DNA of 64,000 nt from Bispira polyomma (GCA_965649765.1 OZ287752.1:11470001-11534000), one strand, 5' to 3'. Positions 12,447 through 25,541 are shown, counted from the stretch's first letter. Numbers and translations: made by a program. Notes: a model not told the origin generated them from the letters alone.

Positions 12447-13260
12447 GTAAGACTTCTTTTCCCCCTAATATTTCCAAGATTGCTGTTTTGTATTAAACAT
12501 CTGCTGGGTATGCATCCTAGTATGATCATAATGAGTTTGTAGCTTTACATCTAAGTAATTTGTCATTGATAAACATTGATTATAATTTAAAAAAACAATT
12601 TCTGTAGTGGCTGATGTTATAATTTAGCACAGGGTGTTGTAGTTTGGCACAAAAGTTTAACCTTTATTAAACCACATTTCAAAATTATACTGATGGACCA
12701 AAATAAGGTTAAACTGATAAAAATTGATAAATTTACTCTTTAAACAAATATGTTTTTAATTTTGATTTAAAAATATTAACAGTTTGACAGTACATGATTT
12801 TTTGGTTGTGCCAAATTATAACTGTTGTGGCAAATAAAAACGGCAGGCACTAGAGGTGAATACTAATATACCAGCCAAGTGACAAATGGTAGTTAATTCT
12901 TCTGCATTGAGTGTTTCCCCTGTTGTCATCTTTGATATTGGTCTCACATGGCCTAGTAGTTAAGGAGTTTGTCTGGTGATCAGAAAACCCTAGTTTGACT
13001 CCTCTTTGGGGGTATTTATCTGCTGATCAGAAGGTCCTCATTCAGTTTGACTCCTGTTAATGTTACAAGGTTTGTTGGTGGGATAACATCCTCAGACAAG
13101 TTATTGTCCACTGATGATAAGTCTGGTTATGTCTTCCTTTCGGAGAATGAGGTACCTTAGAGAATGATATACCAATAAGGCTCTAGTATATAAATTCATC
13201 AATGGTGATAATATGTTTCAGGTGTTAACATTGTGTCAATACTGCTTTTTAATGTTTCAG

Positions 13261-13352
13261 CTTATAAATTTATCAATGGAAGCTTTACAATCATTAACAA
13301 GAATTTGGATGAAGTTGATGAGAATGATCTTGCAAGTAAAGTTATAGCTGCG
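13261..13352 (+). CDS. Ig-EGF-SEA receptor gene: SEA2 N-half exon
   Basis: tttcag|..GCG|gtaagt, phase 1-0; YKFINGSFTIINKNLDEVDENDLASKVIAA. Confidence 0.8.
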
Positions 13353-13706
13353 GTAAGTCTGCCAAATACTAGTTGATGTGTCACTGACTGTGGGTTTTGT
13401 TAATTAACATTGCTAATTATATCATGTTCAATTTGTGTTAGTTGTAAGTAAATATAAGAAAAAGTGTGTAAAAAGGAAGAATTTATTAATTAAAGAGTAC
13501 ACCTAGGTAGTAGGGTAGGTAGTAGGGATTCATTTCACCTTTTCCCACTGTGGAACTGTGGCAGAGGTAAGTGTGCTACTGGGTCCCCTTCAAGTTTCGT
13601 AAGGACATATTGTGATGACATTTTAACTAGCATAGCAGCATGTTTAAGCAAGAAATGTTCATCTGCATCAATATGTATTACTCAAAATGTTGATTATTCT
13701 CTACAG

Positions 13707-13926
13707 TTTGAAGATGACTTCTGCCCTAGTTATGAGGAGGTTAGATTTTGTGCAGTGACTAGCCTGTCTTTTACCACTGGGAGTATCATTGTATTGTTTA
13801 CCATGTCTCTGGAAGTATCGATAGACCAAAGCCTGTTCTTTGACCTGTGGTACAGTGATGTTAAAGATGGCACATTCACACTGGAGGGCTACACTATAGA
13901 CCATGAATCCTTGTCATTTGGAAATA
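13707..13926 (+). CDS. Ig-EGF-SEA receptor gene: SEA2 C-half exon
   Basis: ctacag|..A|gtatg, phase 0-1; LSFTTGSIIVLF..GYTIDHESLSF. Confidence 0.85.
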
Positions 13927-14169
13927 GTATGTCTATATGTGACCATTTCGATATGTGTTTAATATCATTGTTTAAACAAATTGCATAGAGCATAATTATT
14001 AATATAACTTAACAAGTTCACTGGAACGTGGTAATGATAAATAAATTGCAATACGAGTAAAAGTAAGTGATTAATACTGGTCTATGGACATAAACTTTCG
14101 AATACATTTGATTTTAATATATTTTTAAAGTTAAAATACACAGTCATATTGCAAAATATATGTGTGTAA

Positions 14170-14658
14170 TACCCTGGTCCCACCGGCCGTCACGTAAACA
14201 GTCGTGACAAAAATCAATTTGCGTAGGGTTTGCAGGAGCTGACATAATATACATAAACATACATAACCTGACGTGAGAGATGACACGCAAGAAATTTATA
14301 ATTTCAAACCGTTTGAAATTTGGACACGCAAGAGATGCAAAAGTATGACGTACTAAAACGTGGATATGCGTCACAGTGTGTACATGTGCGTCATTATGAC
14401 GTCCTTTTACGTGTATTTGCGTACTCATACATGTCATACAGGGGTTAAAATACGTACTTTGACGCGAACTTATGCATCCCCTGCGAGACTTGACAGCTTT
14501 TGATGTACTAATACATGAATTTTAACATCTGTTGACGCCTTTAACGTGAAGAAAAGCAATATATTTGGGATTTGCATCCCAAACTTTTGCAGCGAATATA
14601 TTTACACGGCCCTTGCGTGACTAACCTAACCCAACGTACATCCGGTGGGACCAGGGCA
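14170..14658. mobile_element. PIF/Harbinger-type MITE
   Basis: TIR CCCTGGTCCCACCGG / CCGGTGGGACCAGGG, flanked by TAA/TTA. Confidence 0.75.
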
Positions 14659-14771
14659 TTAGAATGAATAATAATACAACATGTCAAATCATATCCCAAC
14701 AAAAATATGAAAGTGTGATATGTAAGAAAAATAGCAATACTATGTTATAACTTCATTATTATCTTTTTCAG

Positions 14772-14786
14772 GGACGGCTAACCCAG
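14772..14786 (+). CDS. Ig-EGF-SEA receptor gene: 15-nt micro-exon (RTANP)
   Basis: atctttttcag|GGACGGCTAACCCAG|gtaagc; phase 1-1. Confidence 0.65.
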
Positions 14787-15405
14787 GTAAGCATAAGTAG
14801 TAGGAATTATTTCTTTTTCCTAACAATGATTTGTTATCCTGCTAACACTTTTAATACACTATTGGACAATTAAAGTAGACATCGAGGTAACAATGTGGAT
14901 GATATTTTGATATAATGAATATCTTCACCAGTGGGATGGTATCAGTCGTGACTATGTGGATAACAGATTTACTCATTTTTGTCACAGTTCTTGTTATGTC
15001 GATGGTGTTTGTAATATAGTGATCATGAAAAAACTGTACCTGTACTTCCTGCCTGTATAAAACTACAATAAAATACACAATGTACTTCAGTGCAGAAAGA
15101 TATTCTATTTTAAAGCAACACTCACTGAGAAAACAGTAACCCAAGAGAAAACTATAATTTTTAAACAGTGAAATCTGCTGTTTTGAGGAACTGAAGGACA
15201 ATACAATAATGCTGTTGATTTCTAGCTGACATCATAGGGGTCGAAAGCATTACCATTTAATATGTGACACTATCTGTCATATATCACTCTTTCTGTTTGT
15301 AGGACATTCTTCCTATTAAAGGAATGACACATATCACTTTTATAGTGTAGTAACACCCTATCGTCTTCTATGTCACCACCATATATTATGTATTATTACC
15401 AACAG

Positions 15406-15531
15406 ATTTAGATCCTTTATCAAAAGGAGAAATCATTGGTATAGCAGTTGGATTGCTGTGTGGCATGGCGGCCATAATCGCCTTCACAATAGTCATGATA
15501 CATGTCATCAGAAAAAGCACAAATACACAAG
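15406..15531 (+). CDS. Ig-EGF-SEA receptor gene: transmembrane exon
   Basis: aacag|..G|gtatg; LSKGEIIGIAVGLLCGMAAIIAFTIVMIHVIRK, a hydrophobic helix followed by basic stop-transfer residues. Confidence 0.9.
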
Positions 15532-15782
15532 GTATGATCTTACATGACTTTCAACTAGTTCCATTTGCTGCTGCTTAAACCTTTTTGGATGTATATATAT
15601 ATATGTATGTGTAAATATTGAATCTGATTCAGTATTCCTTAAAGTACACTAAATTCAAATGTCTTTTCTTGACCTTGGTGTGTAATAAGTGCATTTTATG
15701 ATTCAGAATAATGTACAATAATAAAAAGGTTTTAACATAGTCACTGCATTAGATTTTCTTTGCTTTTTTTAATACAATCTAG

Positions 15783-15897
15783 AATCACCAACTAACCACA
15801 GGATAAAGAACCATATCAGTTCTGACAGACATATTAAGTCAAAGAAACGAAAGAAGCAAAATGACCTTTGGAAGTCTCTACCAGAAGAAAGCACAGG
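15783..15897 (+). CDS. Ig-EGF-SEA receptor gene: cytoplasmic exon 1
   Basis: ctag| acceptor; open frame ESPTNHRIK..KSKKRKKQNDLWKSLPEEST; the phase-2 donor gtttga is weak. Confidence 0.65.
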
Positions 15898-16621
15898 GTT
15901 TGAGTTAAACATTGTCTTTTATTGAAGTATAGAAGTTTTTATTTTACCCAACAACCATTTCTGGTGGATAGGTACTAGGTGTGTATCACAACAACAACAA
16001 ATAAAATGGCCAATATTTAGGATTTGCTGAAATGTGACACATGAAGACAACCAAAAATTTGACTTCTTGTCTTGTCTTTGACTGACCAAAGAAAGATTCC
16101 TTTCTTGCCTAAATTAAGAGTAAAACATATTTCACTCATGGCTGTTGGGTTCAACATCTCTGATGCTATTGTATGAAGGTGGTAATAGATACATATAATG
16201 TTTTCAAAAATAATTTTGTTTAAAAGATCTCCAGCAAATTTTGCAGTTAATAAAGAGCCAGTGAAATTTTATACTACAAGGGATAATTTACTGAAAGACG
16301 TTTTAGTCGTAAGGTACACTAGAATGAAAAAATAAGGGATTCTTATTTATTTCCCTCAATGCACTACTAAAATGAAGACAGGCAGGTTATAGAACTAACT
16401 TTTCATATAACATCTGCCTCATGCTTTACTGAAACAACTTTTGATTGGTGTGGAACATTAGTGCCATTGACACCAGTCTTTTATTAGTCAGGTATTTCAG
16501 GTTTATTAATTTAGCTAAAGTACCGTTGATGCATTATTGACAAGTAAGTAATTACATCGAAACAACCAGTGATTCAGTGTTATATTGGATTACCTATGTA
16601 CTAGTACTCCAATTCTTTCAG

Positions 16622-16718
16622 AAGAAAAGGGCAATACCATGAGAATATCCTACAACCAAGGGACCATTTCTACAGAGCGTCTCCTAAATATAACATGGAA
16701 AATGCATGGATGTACTGA
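16622..16718 (+). CDS. Ig-EGF-SEA receptor gene: last coding exon
   Basis: ctttcag|, phase 2; RKGQYHENILQPRDHFYRASPKYNMENAWMY*. Donor cag|gtaatg 25 nt after the stop; AATAAA at 17989. Confidence 0.6.
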
Positions 16719-19049
16719 CAACTGGTTTCTGCAATAACCCCAGGTAATGGCAAGCATATTTCATTCATGTACACTGAGGATTCTGTATTGTGAAAAGATA
16801 AATCCCATCTGAATTCGCTTAGATCTCTTTCAAGGTCATATAATTCCAAATAAAAATAAAATTCTGATCAAACAGAATGTATCTCATCTGTAACAAGAAA
16901 CACAGTGATTACTTAAGAGCAATATTGTCCATTACACTAGTGGGGGAAAGATTTACTACCTTCTGATAATGTCAAGAATGTGGGTGTTCCTTTTGCCTTT
17001 GCATTCTCAATTGATACAGCAATATATGTAGCACCTGTTTGTATCACATTTGTAATATTAAAACAAACTGAAATCACTTTGCTATTATTGTGTCTAATGC
17101 TCTTGCAAATAGCTGTCTCGACCACTGTAAATTTTTTTTTTGGGGGGTAACAAGTCTTAGAAACACTTTCTAAGTTTAGGAAAAAAACCTAAAACATATC
17201 TCTTTAAACTCGCTTACTCAACTTAATTAACTCTGTGTTGACCGGGTGATGTTTTTTGAGTATACAATGTATTTATTAATTTGGTTGTTGCACTTTAGAA
17301 AAGGCTTTGCATCAATAAGGCATCTGTGTATGTGAATGCAATATGGTCAAATGTGACCTCCCATTGGAATACAGCATTGAAAACTCTAGTAAAATAACCA
17401 GTCATAACTGCATGTTGTATGAAATATGGCTTGCCAGACAGAGCTGAACAGTTTTATTATGAGTATATTTGGATATAGAGGCCCATTGCTTGAACCTTAC
17501 TTTAACGGTACTTACATAATCTTAGTTTTGTAACATTCTAGGGAAACACGTGTGTAAGTTCTTTGTGCCCAGCAGTATAATGATATATAATATTTCAGAA
17601 AAATGGGCTTTTAAAATGTTATATCATCTATTTGCAGGCTTCCATGAAACTTACTTAGTGACAGAGACACCATACACACCATACATCTGAACAGAAAGAA
17701 AAAACCCAAAACTAGACAGAAGAAAAAACACATTGACTGGTGCTACATTACGATTTTAACGAATTGTCAATATTGTGCTTTACAAGAAGTCTGGCATCAA
17801 CTAGGCTTGTTAAATCATATCATAACTGCATAAAATAGACTAACTGATAGGATACATTTAACTGCAACTCAATATAATATTTACTAATTAGTTGATATAA
17901 ATGTTATTTTATCTTACCTCATCTATGTTCTCCTGTTGCATAACAGTAATATGTGTACATATTTTGTACAGAATTAATCTATTACTAGAATAAATAGCTA
18001 AATTAAGATGAGTAGGGTGTACTTCATAGTCAGGTCTTATAGTTTTACCTATCTATGACAAAGATTTAGAAAACATCATTTAACCAAACATAGCTGCTTT
18101 TATTCCTACCCAAAACCAGTCACTGGGTCTTTAGAACTTCCTGTTTTACCAAACTTGTAAGGTATCATCGATGTCAGATGATTTGACTTAACATTGTGTT
18201 TGCTCTCTGTAGCTATCAAGTACTTTGTTTAGGATGTTTTTTTGTTTCCTTTACAAAGTTATTTTACTGTTAACAACACAAGAATGCTTCTGTGGGATAC
18301 AATGATATTAATTAAAGGAAAGCTGTGTGTACTCTATACAATATTAATGATAAAAGGCATACTGTAACCAGCAAAATGATTTCAACTCCATGTAAAGAAA
18401 GGCATTAGGTTTTCAGATGTAAAAAAGAAATATAGCAGAAAATTTACAATTCACACAAAAACTAAATAGATTTCATGCCTAATTATGAGCTTTACCCTGT
18501 TAACACACATCAATGAAATCAATTTATATCTCTATCAAGTTGGATATATTAATTAAGGTCATATCCGGATGGAGATATTAAACCAAATCTGTGCCAAAAT
18601 TATAATGGATTCTTCTGTGACCCATGCCGCATTCCTCCATCCAATTTTATGTGAATTGGTTAAGTTGTTTTTGTGTCATTCTGTATTGTGTTTAATAATA
18701 AGCCACAACATTTAGATGTGTGTAAAAAATCATAGTGTTAATGAGAGCAGACATTTACTTTACTGCTGTACCAGTTGACTTCCACTTCAGCCATTAATCA
18801 TAATTTCACAGTAACAACAGCTGGAGACTCTTTTATAATCACTATAAGGAAGCAACATTTAATAATATTTTCTCCTCAATTTCAGAATCATCTTCCTTTC
18901 AGAAACTGTTTAATGTTTAATTTTTTAGAAATTTTTGTTTAATGTTTAATTTTTTAGAAAGTTTTGTAGCCGTGCGTTTGTGATGAACTAAAACCATACA
19001 GAATCAACAATTAACTACACAAACAGCTAAATTTTTTGACATGCCTACA

Positions 19050-19345
19050 ATGTGTTTTTGTTATAGCACACTTATACAACAAAGGGCCATATCAAATGTG
19101 CTTCATCGTATACAGCCACCATGGGCTTTGAGGCTTGCTTGAGGATGACCATTTATCAACATCCCCAAGTATCTTTAAACTGCTACTGGAGATAGTACTA
19201 TGTGACAGAGGGCTGTCATTTTAAGTGGCCAACCAAGCCATTAGGCAAACTTGTGTTCACATCTTGCTCAAGGATGTTATCCCACCAAATGAAACTAGCC
19301 GTCGGTACCGGGAATAGAACCGGGGACCTTCCAATCATCACTATT
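19050..19345 (-). mobile_element. Degenerate SINE (CORE-like box)
   Basis: CTTGCTCAAGGA and CCGGGAATAGAACC on + correspond to a CORE-like box and B-box on -. Confidence 0.5.
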
Positions 19346-19747
19346 AGACCAGCAAAATCTCACCTAATGGCAAGCTTATCAGGCACCTGTTTGAACGGCA
19401 AAATGTTATTGTTATTTTAGACTCTTAGTACATAGATGTTTTCCCTGTTTAACCCACCAAGAGGGCTGGTTGTAGAGTTTTCTCAATCGTTGCCGCTTTG
19501 TTGTGGAAAAGTCTAAGCATTAAGCTTAGATCACTAGAAACACTTGCTGGTTGATGAGGAAAAGTGATCACTTCAAACTCGCTTACACCAGCTCTTAGTT
19601 CCCTCTGTGTACACGGCCACATCCTTCCCTATACCTAGGTCTCATTGATACGGATGGCCATTATGAACTTGGCACAAATTAGTTTGTGACAATAGGTATT
19701 AGTACTTGGGCGGTACGTTTGAAAAGGTTTCATATATGTCTTGGTTA

Positions 19748-20317
19748 TGTCCTAGTCTCACCTACACATTCTGGAGCTACGTTTGTGTCGCGTGTTAATT
19801 TAAGAAACGTTTTGAAACGTTGTAGGAAGTAAGGATCCCTTCTGTGATTGTTTCTTTACGTTTTGCGACGGATGATATCGTTCTGAAAACGTCTCCGTTT
19901 TGTCTTTTTCGTGTACTGCTTCAAACTGTTTGAAACACTACAGTCACAGCTCCCGTTTCTCCGTTTCTCTGTTCGTCCCTAAACGTTTCCGATAGACGTA
20001 TCAGTAAGTAGCTATATGGAGTAGTAGGTAGCGATAAAGTCTCAGTAAGTAGTGAGATCGTCTCCGTTAGTCGACAAAGTAACAGCTGTAAATAGCAGTA
20101 CATTAGCTCTACGTAGATATCCTACCAGTAAAGTGTCCGTTTTTTGCCCCCTTATCGCGTGTACAAGTACCAACATCATCACGGAACGTCATGAAACGTC
20201 ACAATCGACTGCACCTTTATGGAAATGATGTCACTTTGATACAAAACTGCCACGTTTTCAGTGTATATTGCTTAGGTACGTTAGGGGACATTAGCACGTG
20301 TAGGTGTGACCAGGCCA
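19748..20317. mobile_element. PIF/Harbinger-type MITE
   Basis: TIR TGTCCTAGTCTCACCTACAC / GTGTAGGTGTGACCAGGCCA; TTA TSD on both sides. Confidence 0.7.
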
Positions 20318-21224
20318 TTAGTGAATAATCGTATCACTATCATGAAAGTTTTGAACTTTTGATAACCTTCATGACAGTTCTACCATCCGTGGGGGGTTAT
20401 AGGGGGGTTTCCTAATTTCTTGCAGATACGTTGGCAAATTTTTCTTATTAGGGATAGTCTGCGATGGCTCGTCGTAGTTAGTTTCGCCTTAGTGACAAGC
20501 TTAATTGTTATTGTTTGTCTCTGTTCAGGACACAACAATCCAAGAGTTCAAACACATGAAAAACCACAGTAAAATGTGAAGCATCTAAGTTTTGTTATTA
20601 TTATAATAGGACATGTAAACAATGTTGTTTTACTAAAATAATAATAGTATTGTTCTACCTACATAACAGGCACCTAATTGCACATTACACTAATTTTTTA
20701 TGCACAGATATAGACAATTAGGTGCATAGAACCACAGGTTACATATCCCATAGATTAATATACTAAGATTAAAATTAGTGCACCACCAAGTTACACAACT
20801 ATTAAAACACATAAAAGAGGTATGACCTTGTTCCAACCACTAAGGTAATTGGGGTCAAGCTGTCAATTCGGAGTTCATGCATCAGTAAGTTGCCCCGGAA
20901 CATATCTAAGGGTTTTGTAGGTACTCCGGTTGTTCAGGAGTAGTAGTCAAAAGGCACTTGTAAATCCGAAACAATAGTGAAGGTTCAGTGTTGTGCTTCT
21001 ATTTTAGTTCTAATTCTTAGTGATTGTGGTACACAGTTCACTTCTGACTTAATGTGTGTGATGCTTGTAGGTTGTAATCTCATCCCATCTGGTCTTTAGA
21101 AAAGTTCAGCGGTACCCTTAAGAGTGTGTTGAAAAAGTTATGTGAAGAAGGGTCTAAGGATTAGGATTGATATCTTTAACCCTAATGGTTCGCATACAGG
21201 GAGGTTCCGCAAAAAACTTTAGGA

Positions 21225-21540
21225 TTTTTTCCTTTTGAACTTTTATATGGGGGATCAGTCAAAGGGCATCTTGCCATTCTGAAATAGTTATGGACCAATG
21301 AGAGTACTCCTCCTGACGTTAAGCTTTCTTATAAATATGTCATGGATGCTAGGCATAGGCTGGAATGCTACCTTGATCTTCCTAAGGAGAAATTGAAATC
21401 TAAAAGTGATACATACAAGAATTATTATGATAAAAAGACAAAAAACTGAAAAACCAGGCGACAGGGTTCTGTTATTATTACTAAAAGTGAAAAGAGGTTC
21501 TTGCTGCAATGCAAAGGTCCATTCGAGGAAGCAAAGTGAA
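21225..21540 (+). pseudogene. Gypsy LTR-retrotransposon integrase C-terminal relic
   Basis: Across frameshifts: PFELLYG..ILK*LWT..YKYVMD..KNYYDKK..KPGDRVLLLL..LLQCKGPF (GPY/F module). Confidence 0.7.
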
Positions 21541-21554
21541 TAACTAGATGATAA

Positions 21555-21760
21555 TTCAACGTAGTGGAGTCAAAATTTCCCATGCAAACTTGCTTAACCT
21601 GTACCAATCTCAGGTCTGATAGATAATAGTTCAACGTAGTAGAGTCAAAATTTCCCATGCAAACTTGCTTAAGCTGTACCAATCTCAGGTGTGATACATG
21701 AAAATTAAACATAGGGGAGTCAAAATTTCCCATGCAAACTTAACTTAAGCTGTACCGATC
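21555..21760. repeat. ~75-bp tandem repeat x3
   Basis: GAGTCAAAATTTCCCATGCAAACTT..CTGTACC occurs three times. Confidence 0.9.
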
Positions 21761-22704
21761 TTAGTATCCAATGTTAGTTGGTTGTGATTTCCTTGAGACA
21801 TTTTGTTTTGCTGTTTTTGCTTTTTTGTTTTTGCTTTCTTCCAGTCAAAAAAAAGACAAACTTACAAAGATGTATCGGTCAATTTTGAACTTAGTGGAAG
21901 GCAAAAGCAGCAAATTGATTGAAATTAATTGAAATTAAATTCTTAGGGCACACATTCGTCCAAATATTTTGGTTCGGAAAAGCATTTACGAAGATTTAAA
22001 GAAATCAAAACTGCCTTAGTGACACCACTAATATTGAAGTTGCCAAAGAGAAATAAGGTGTTATCTTACAATCAGATGCAAACCTCATTGATACCAAGCA
22101 ATATTGAACTGATTCTGTCTCCACCACTCATCAATTGGCTAGCCTCTGAGATGAAGGACTGGGATGTTGGCCTGTTTGAGGATTTCAAAGTCCAGAGTCT
22201 TGCTCACGTGCACCAGTTCAAGGCCAAGCACAGAGTTAACAAGTCAGCCACACCTATCACCATTGCACCCCACAGGTCTTTTTGTCTGTCCAGCCCCCCT
22301 TGTCCCAATAACCGCTGCCAAAGTTACAGGCACACCACGTTTTGTACACTCGTTCTCGATGTACTTGCACATTTCCCACCATAATCTCCACCATTTCCGG
22401 TTAAACTGCTACCATCACTTATATCACGCCTCTCAGGCATATCACACCTATCAGTACCATACCTGGTACTGAGATTGGGTAAATTGGCCCATGTCAAACA
22501 GCTACAGTGGTTAGAGACACAGCTTCCATTAGTGACATCAGTGGTATGAGTGAAATGTTTCCCAGATATGGCCAACAACTCCTTTGCAAGTGCTGCTTTT
22601 AAGTCACCTGAACCACATGTAGCAGACCACTTTAGCTTGTGTAGGTTAGTGTCAAGATGTCAAATTGCAGGTTAAGTTGGATGTACCTTATTGATGTTTG
22701 TAGA

Positions 22705-22959
22705 GTTTTGAATTTGAATTGGAATATTTAACGTCCACTCTAGTACCTGTTTAGGTTATATTGGGACGGGTAGTTGGAAACGCTGGAGGAAACACTGCAT
22801 ACAGTTGATCAAGGTTCTGCACTGAAACAGCGGCCCACAGTAAGGAACTACCACCTTCCCACATAGGCATCGACGGGTATCGAACTCATGCTGCCCAGAG
22901 GTGAGAGACCAGTGATTGTGAAGCGCAATGCTTGCTAACCACTAGGCCACCGTGGCCCC
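22705..22959 (-). mobile_element. tRNA-derived SINE, same family as 2915-3166, 14-bp TSD
   Basis: Closely similar to the 2.9-kb copy; TSD TTGATGTTTGTAGA at 22691-22704 and 22960-22973. Confidence 0.9.
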
Positions 22960-23277
22960 TTGATGTTTGTAGAAGAATACACAGTAATTTACTGCCTTGT
23001 ACATGGGATTTAATTCAAAGTAAATATTATAGATATTTTTATGGTTACAAATTTATGACAATACTGCATATTTCTTGGATATGGTGGCTCCCTAGTCGCT
23101 TCAGTAAATACCAAAAAATGACAATGTTTTATATTCTTGCATTTTTAAACATTTTAAATTTCATTAAAATTGTATGTGAAGTAGAGCTGGTCATGCTTTA
23201 GCCATAATCTTTTGCGTGGACCCAGTGATCTCCTTAACCCCTTAAGGTCTCTGTCAGTATTATATGCTGACCCTGTG

Positions 23278-23494
23278 TTACACGTAACATTCACAGCTTG
23301 TGGGCAACTCCACTCCGTGAAACTTCAGACGCAGTTTAGTAATGTCTACCTTTACTTTTTTCCCCGCATTGATAAAGATCACATAGAGGAATCCAAAAAA
23401 TTGTTTAGGTTTGAGTGTTGTCATCAGCATATTTAAGAAAGTTTTGTGTGGCTCGCAGCTAAATCCTTGCTTGTCCCTACAGCCATCAGTAAAC
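23278..23494 (-). CDS. Cystine-knot gene last exon
   Basis: ttttag|, phase 2; FTDGCRDKQGFSCEPHKTFLNML..KFHGVELPTSCECYV*, with the PxxCxC knot terminus. Confidence 0.78.
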
Positions 23495-23785
23495 CTAAAA
23501 AGCAACAGTAAAATCTAAACAGGCTTTGTTGGTAGATGGGTATCCATAATACCGGTCAACTCATTATATCGTCTGTTGTGTTTTTAAAGAACTATATGCA
23601 ATGGAAATTAATATTGCAAACATTGGCCACTTCATGACTGTGAATTAAAATACAGAATACTTTATTTTATTTTAAGAAAATCGATATATTACACACTGAA
23701 ATGTGTGGCAACCAGTATTATAACCCGACCAGTATTATGAACGCCTATGTAAGACCTTTAGTGTATCATCCTAATTAGCTGTTAA

Positions 23786-24202
23786 AGGTAGACTCACACT
23801 GAAGCGCATCAGGATAGGAATCAGTATGTCCGTAAGATTTTCCCAAAACAGATAATATTAGTTTCAATTCAGATTGGACAGAAAATCTGGACGTGCGATA
23901 CTCACACAATGTGTGAATAAACAGTAGATTATTGTAAGAAAAAGTAGAATGAAAGTATTGTTAGAGATCTTATATTTTGTGTCTGTGTACTTTACTGGAA
24001 CAATCTTCATACTACTAAAGGGGATTGTTTTTGTTGTTGACATCTGATTTTGAGACATTTTACTTACTTTTAAATCGGTGTACAATTTTATCCGTTCCAG
24101 ATTGCCAGATCCGGAACGGTGATGAGTGGACACTCATACTCTCTGCTCTGCACTAGGTGGTTTCCATCATGGAATTCTTATCTTACATGTGTGAATCTAC
24201 CT
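23786..24202. mobile_element. PIF/Harbinger-type MITE in the last intron of the cystine-knot gene
   Basis: TIR AGGTAGACTCACAC / GTGTGAATCTACCT; TAA TSD. Confidence 0.75.
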
Positions 24203-25541
24203 TAATAACTATAGTGTCAGGATATTTATTGTCTTTGTAATTATTTTTATTCATTATGTATATATTGAACCCAATTCGCAAAAAACACCCTTAGAATACA
24301 TATAGGAAAAAATAAGACAAAGGACATACACTTATAATATATATATATATAAATAGGTTTGTTTTTACAACTAAATAAGAGATTATGTTACACAAAAGTA
24401 TTTAAGTTTAAAAGTAATTTCACCTTTTGAGAGAAATACACTGTCATTGAATCTATTGCATCTGAGACTGTATCTGATACTAAAAAGACTTGCGATATTT
24501 TTAACATTTACATAATCGTCAGTTGTACAACCTTCAAAACATGTTTTCTTTGTACAATTATGAATAAAGTCATTACTGTAGGACAGACTATTTTCCAAGC
24601 TGATACCACATTTGAATCTAATTTCTGAAATTGTATTTGCTTGTTTATACTTTGACCAAATACAATAAATTTTTTTTTTTCTAGGATAAAAATTGACATT
24701 ATATTCTTTTCTATACTGGCCCATAACATTAGTCATACGTTTTAAACTTGATAGTTTATAGTTACCAGTTTAAGGTTTTATTCACTACCTCATACCTGAA
24801 TGTTTGTAAATATGTAGATACCTTAAATCTTTACCTTTTCAAATTTAAGAATACCTCTTGTGAACAAAAGAAAATAATTTTTGTACTTAAAAATTTAATA
24901 TTTATTATAGAGGACATATGGGTCTGTTGCTGTATCAAGATATGCAAATATATATCAAGCTCTGAGTAATTTTCAAAAAAGCATAAAAGTCATGTCTTTT
25001 TGGGTCTCAAATTGACTTTCAAGATTCAAATTCAAATGGAAAAAAGCTTCATCCCCCAATTTATCCACATACCAATTCTAAATCAATTGCATCAATTATC
25101 TTTTTTAGTTGGAATTAGGATGTCATCACTATGGCCTCTACTTTTCATTAATGCTAAGAATGTTGATAATTTTTACTTGTTTGTAGGATTTGCAAGGAAC
25201 TGACTCTTGTTTATTACTGCTTTTAGTGGAAGAATTGTTGTTATCAACACCTTAATGTGATGTTGGCCATCTGGTATCACAGGAGCAGAAGTTAACGATA
25301 ACAATTTTTGCCAACAAAGATGCTGTTAATATTTGACACCTGCATTCCTTAACTACCTTTACATATCAATGTTATAGATGCATTTCCCTTTTAAAGGAAC
25401 TAATATATTATGCAAATCTGTTTCCCATTGGCCACTGCTGTGCTGAGTAGGATATTACTTAATTTGAGTTATTTAACTCTACTAAGTAACTACTGGGCCA
25501 ATATATATATTTGCATTGTGTATAAGTTTGCTAACCCTTAC

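Noticed and set aside
7436-13904. Antisense ORFs 7436-7711, 11371-11631, 13701-13904
   Set aside because: They are shadows of real + strand exons, with no independent motifs.
24383-24736. Extra Cys-containing exon of the cystine-knot gene
   Set aside because: No donor gives the phase 2 needed for the last exon, and exons 4 and 5 already join into a continuous knot.
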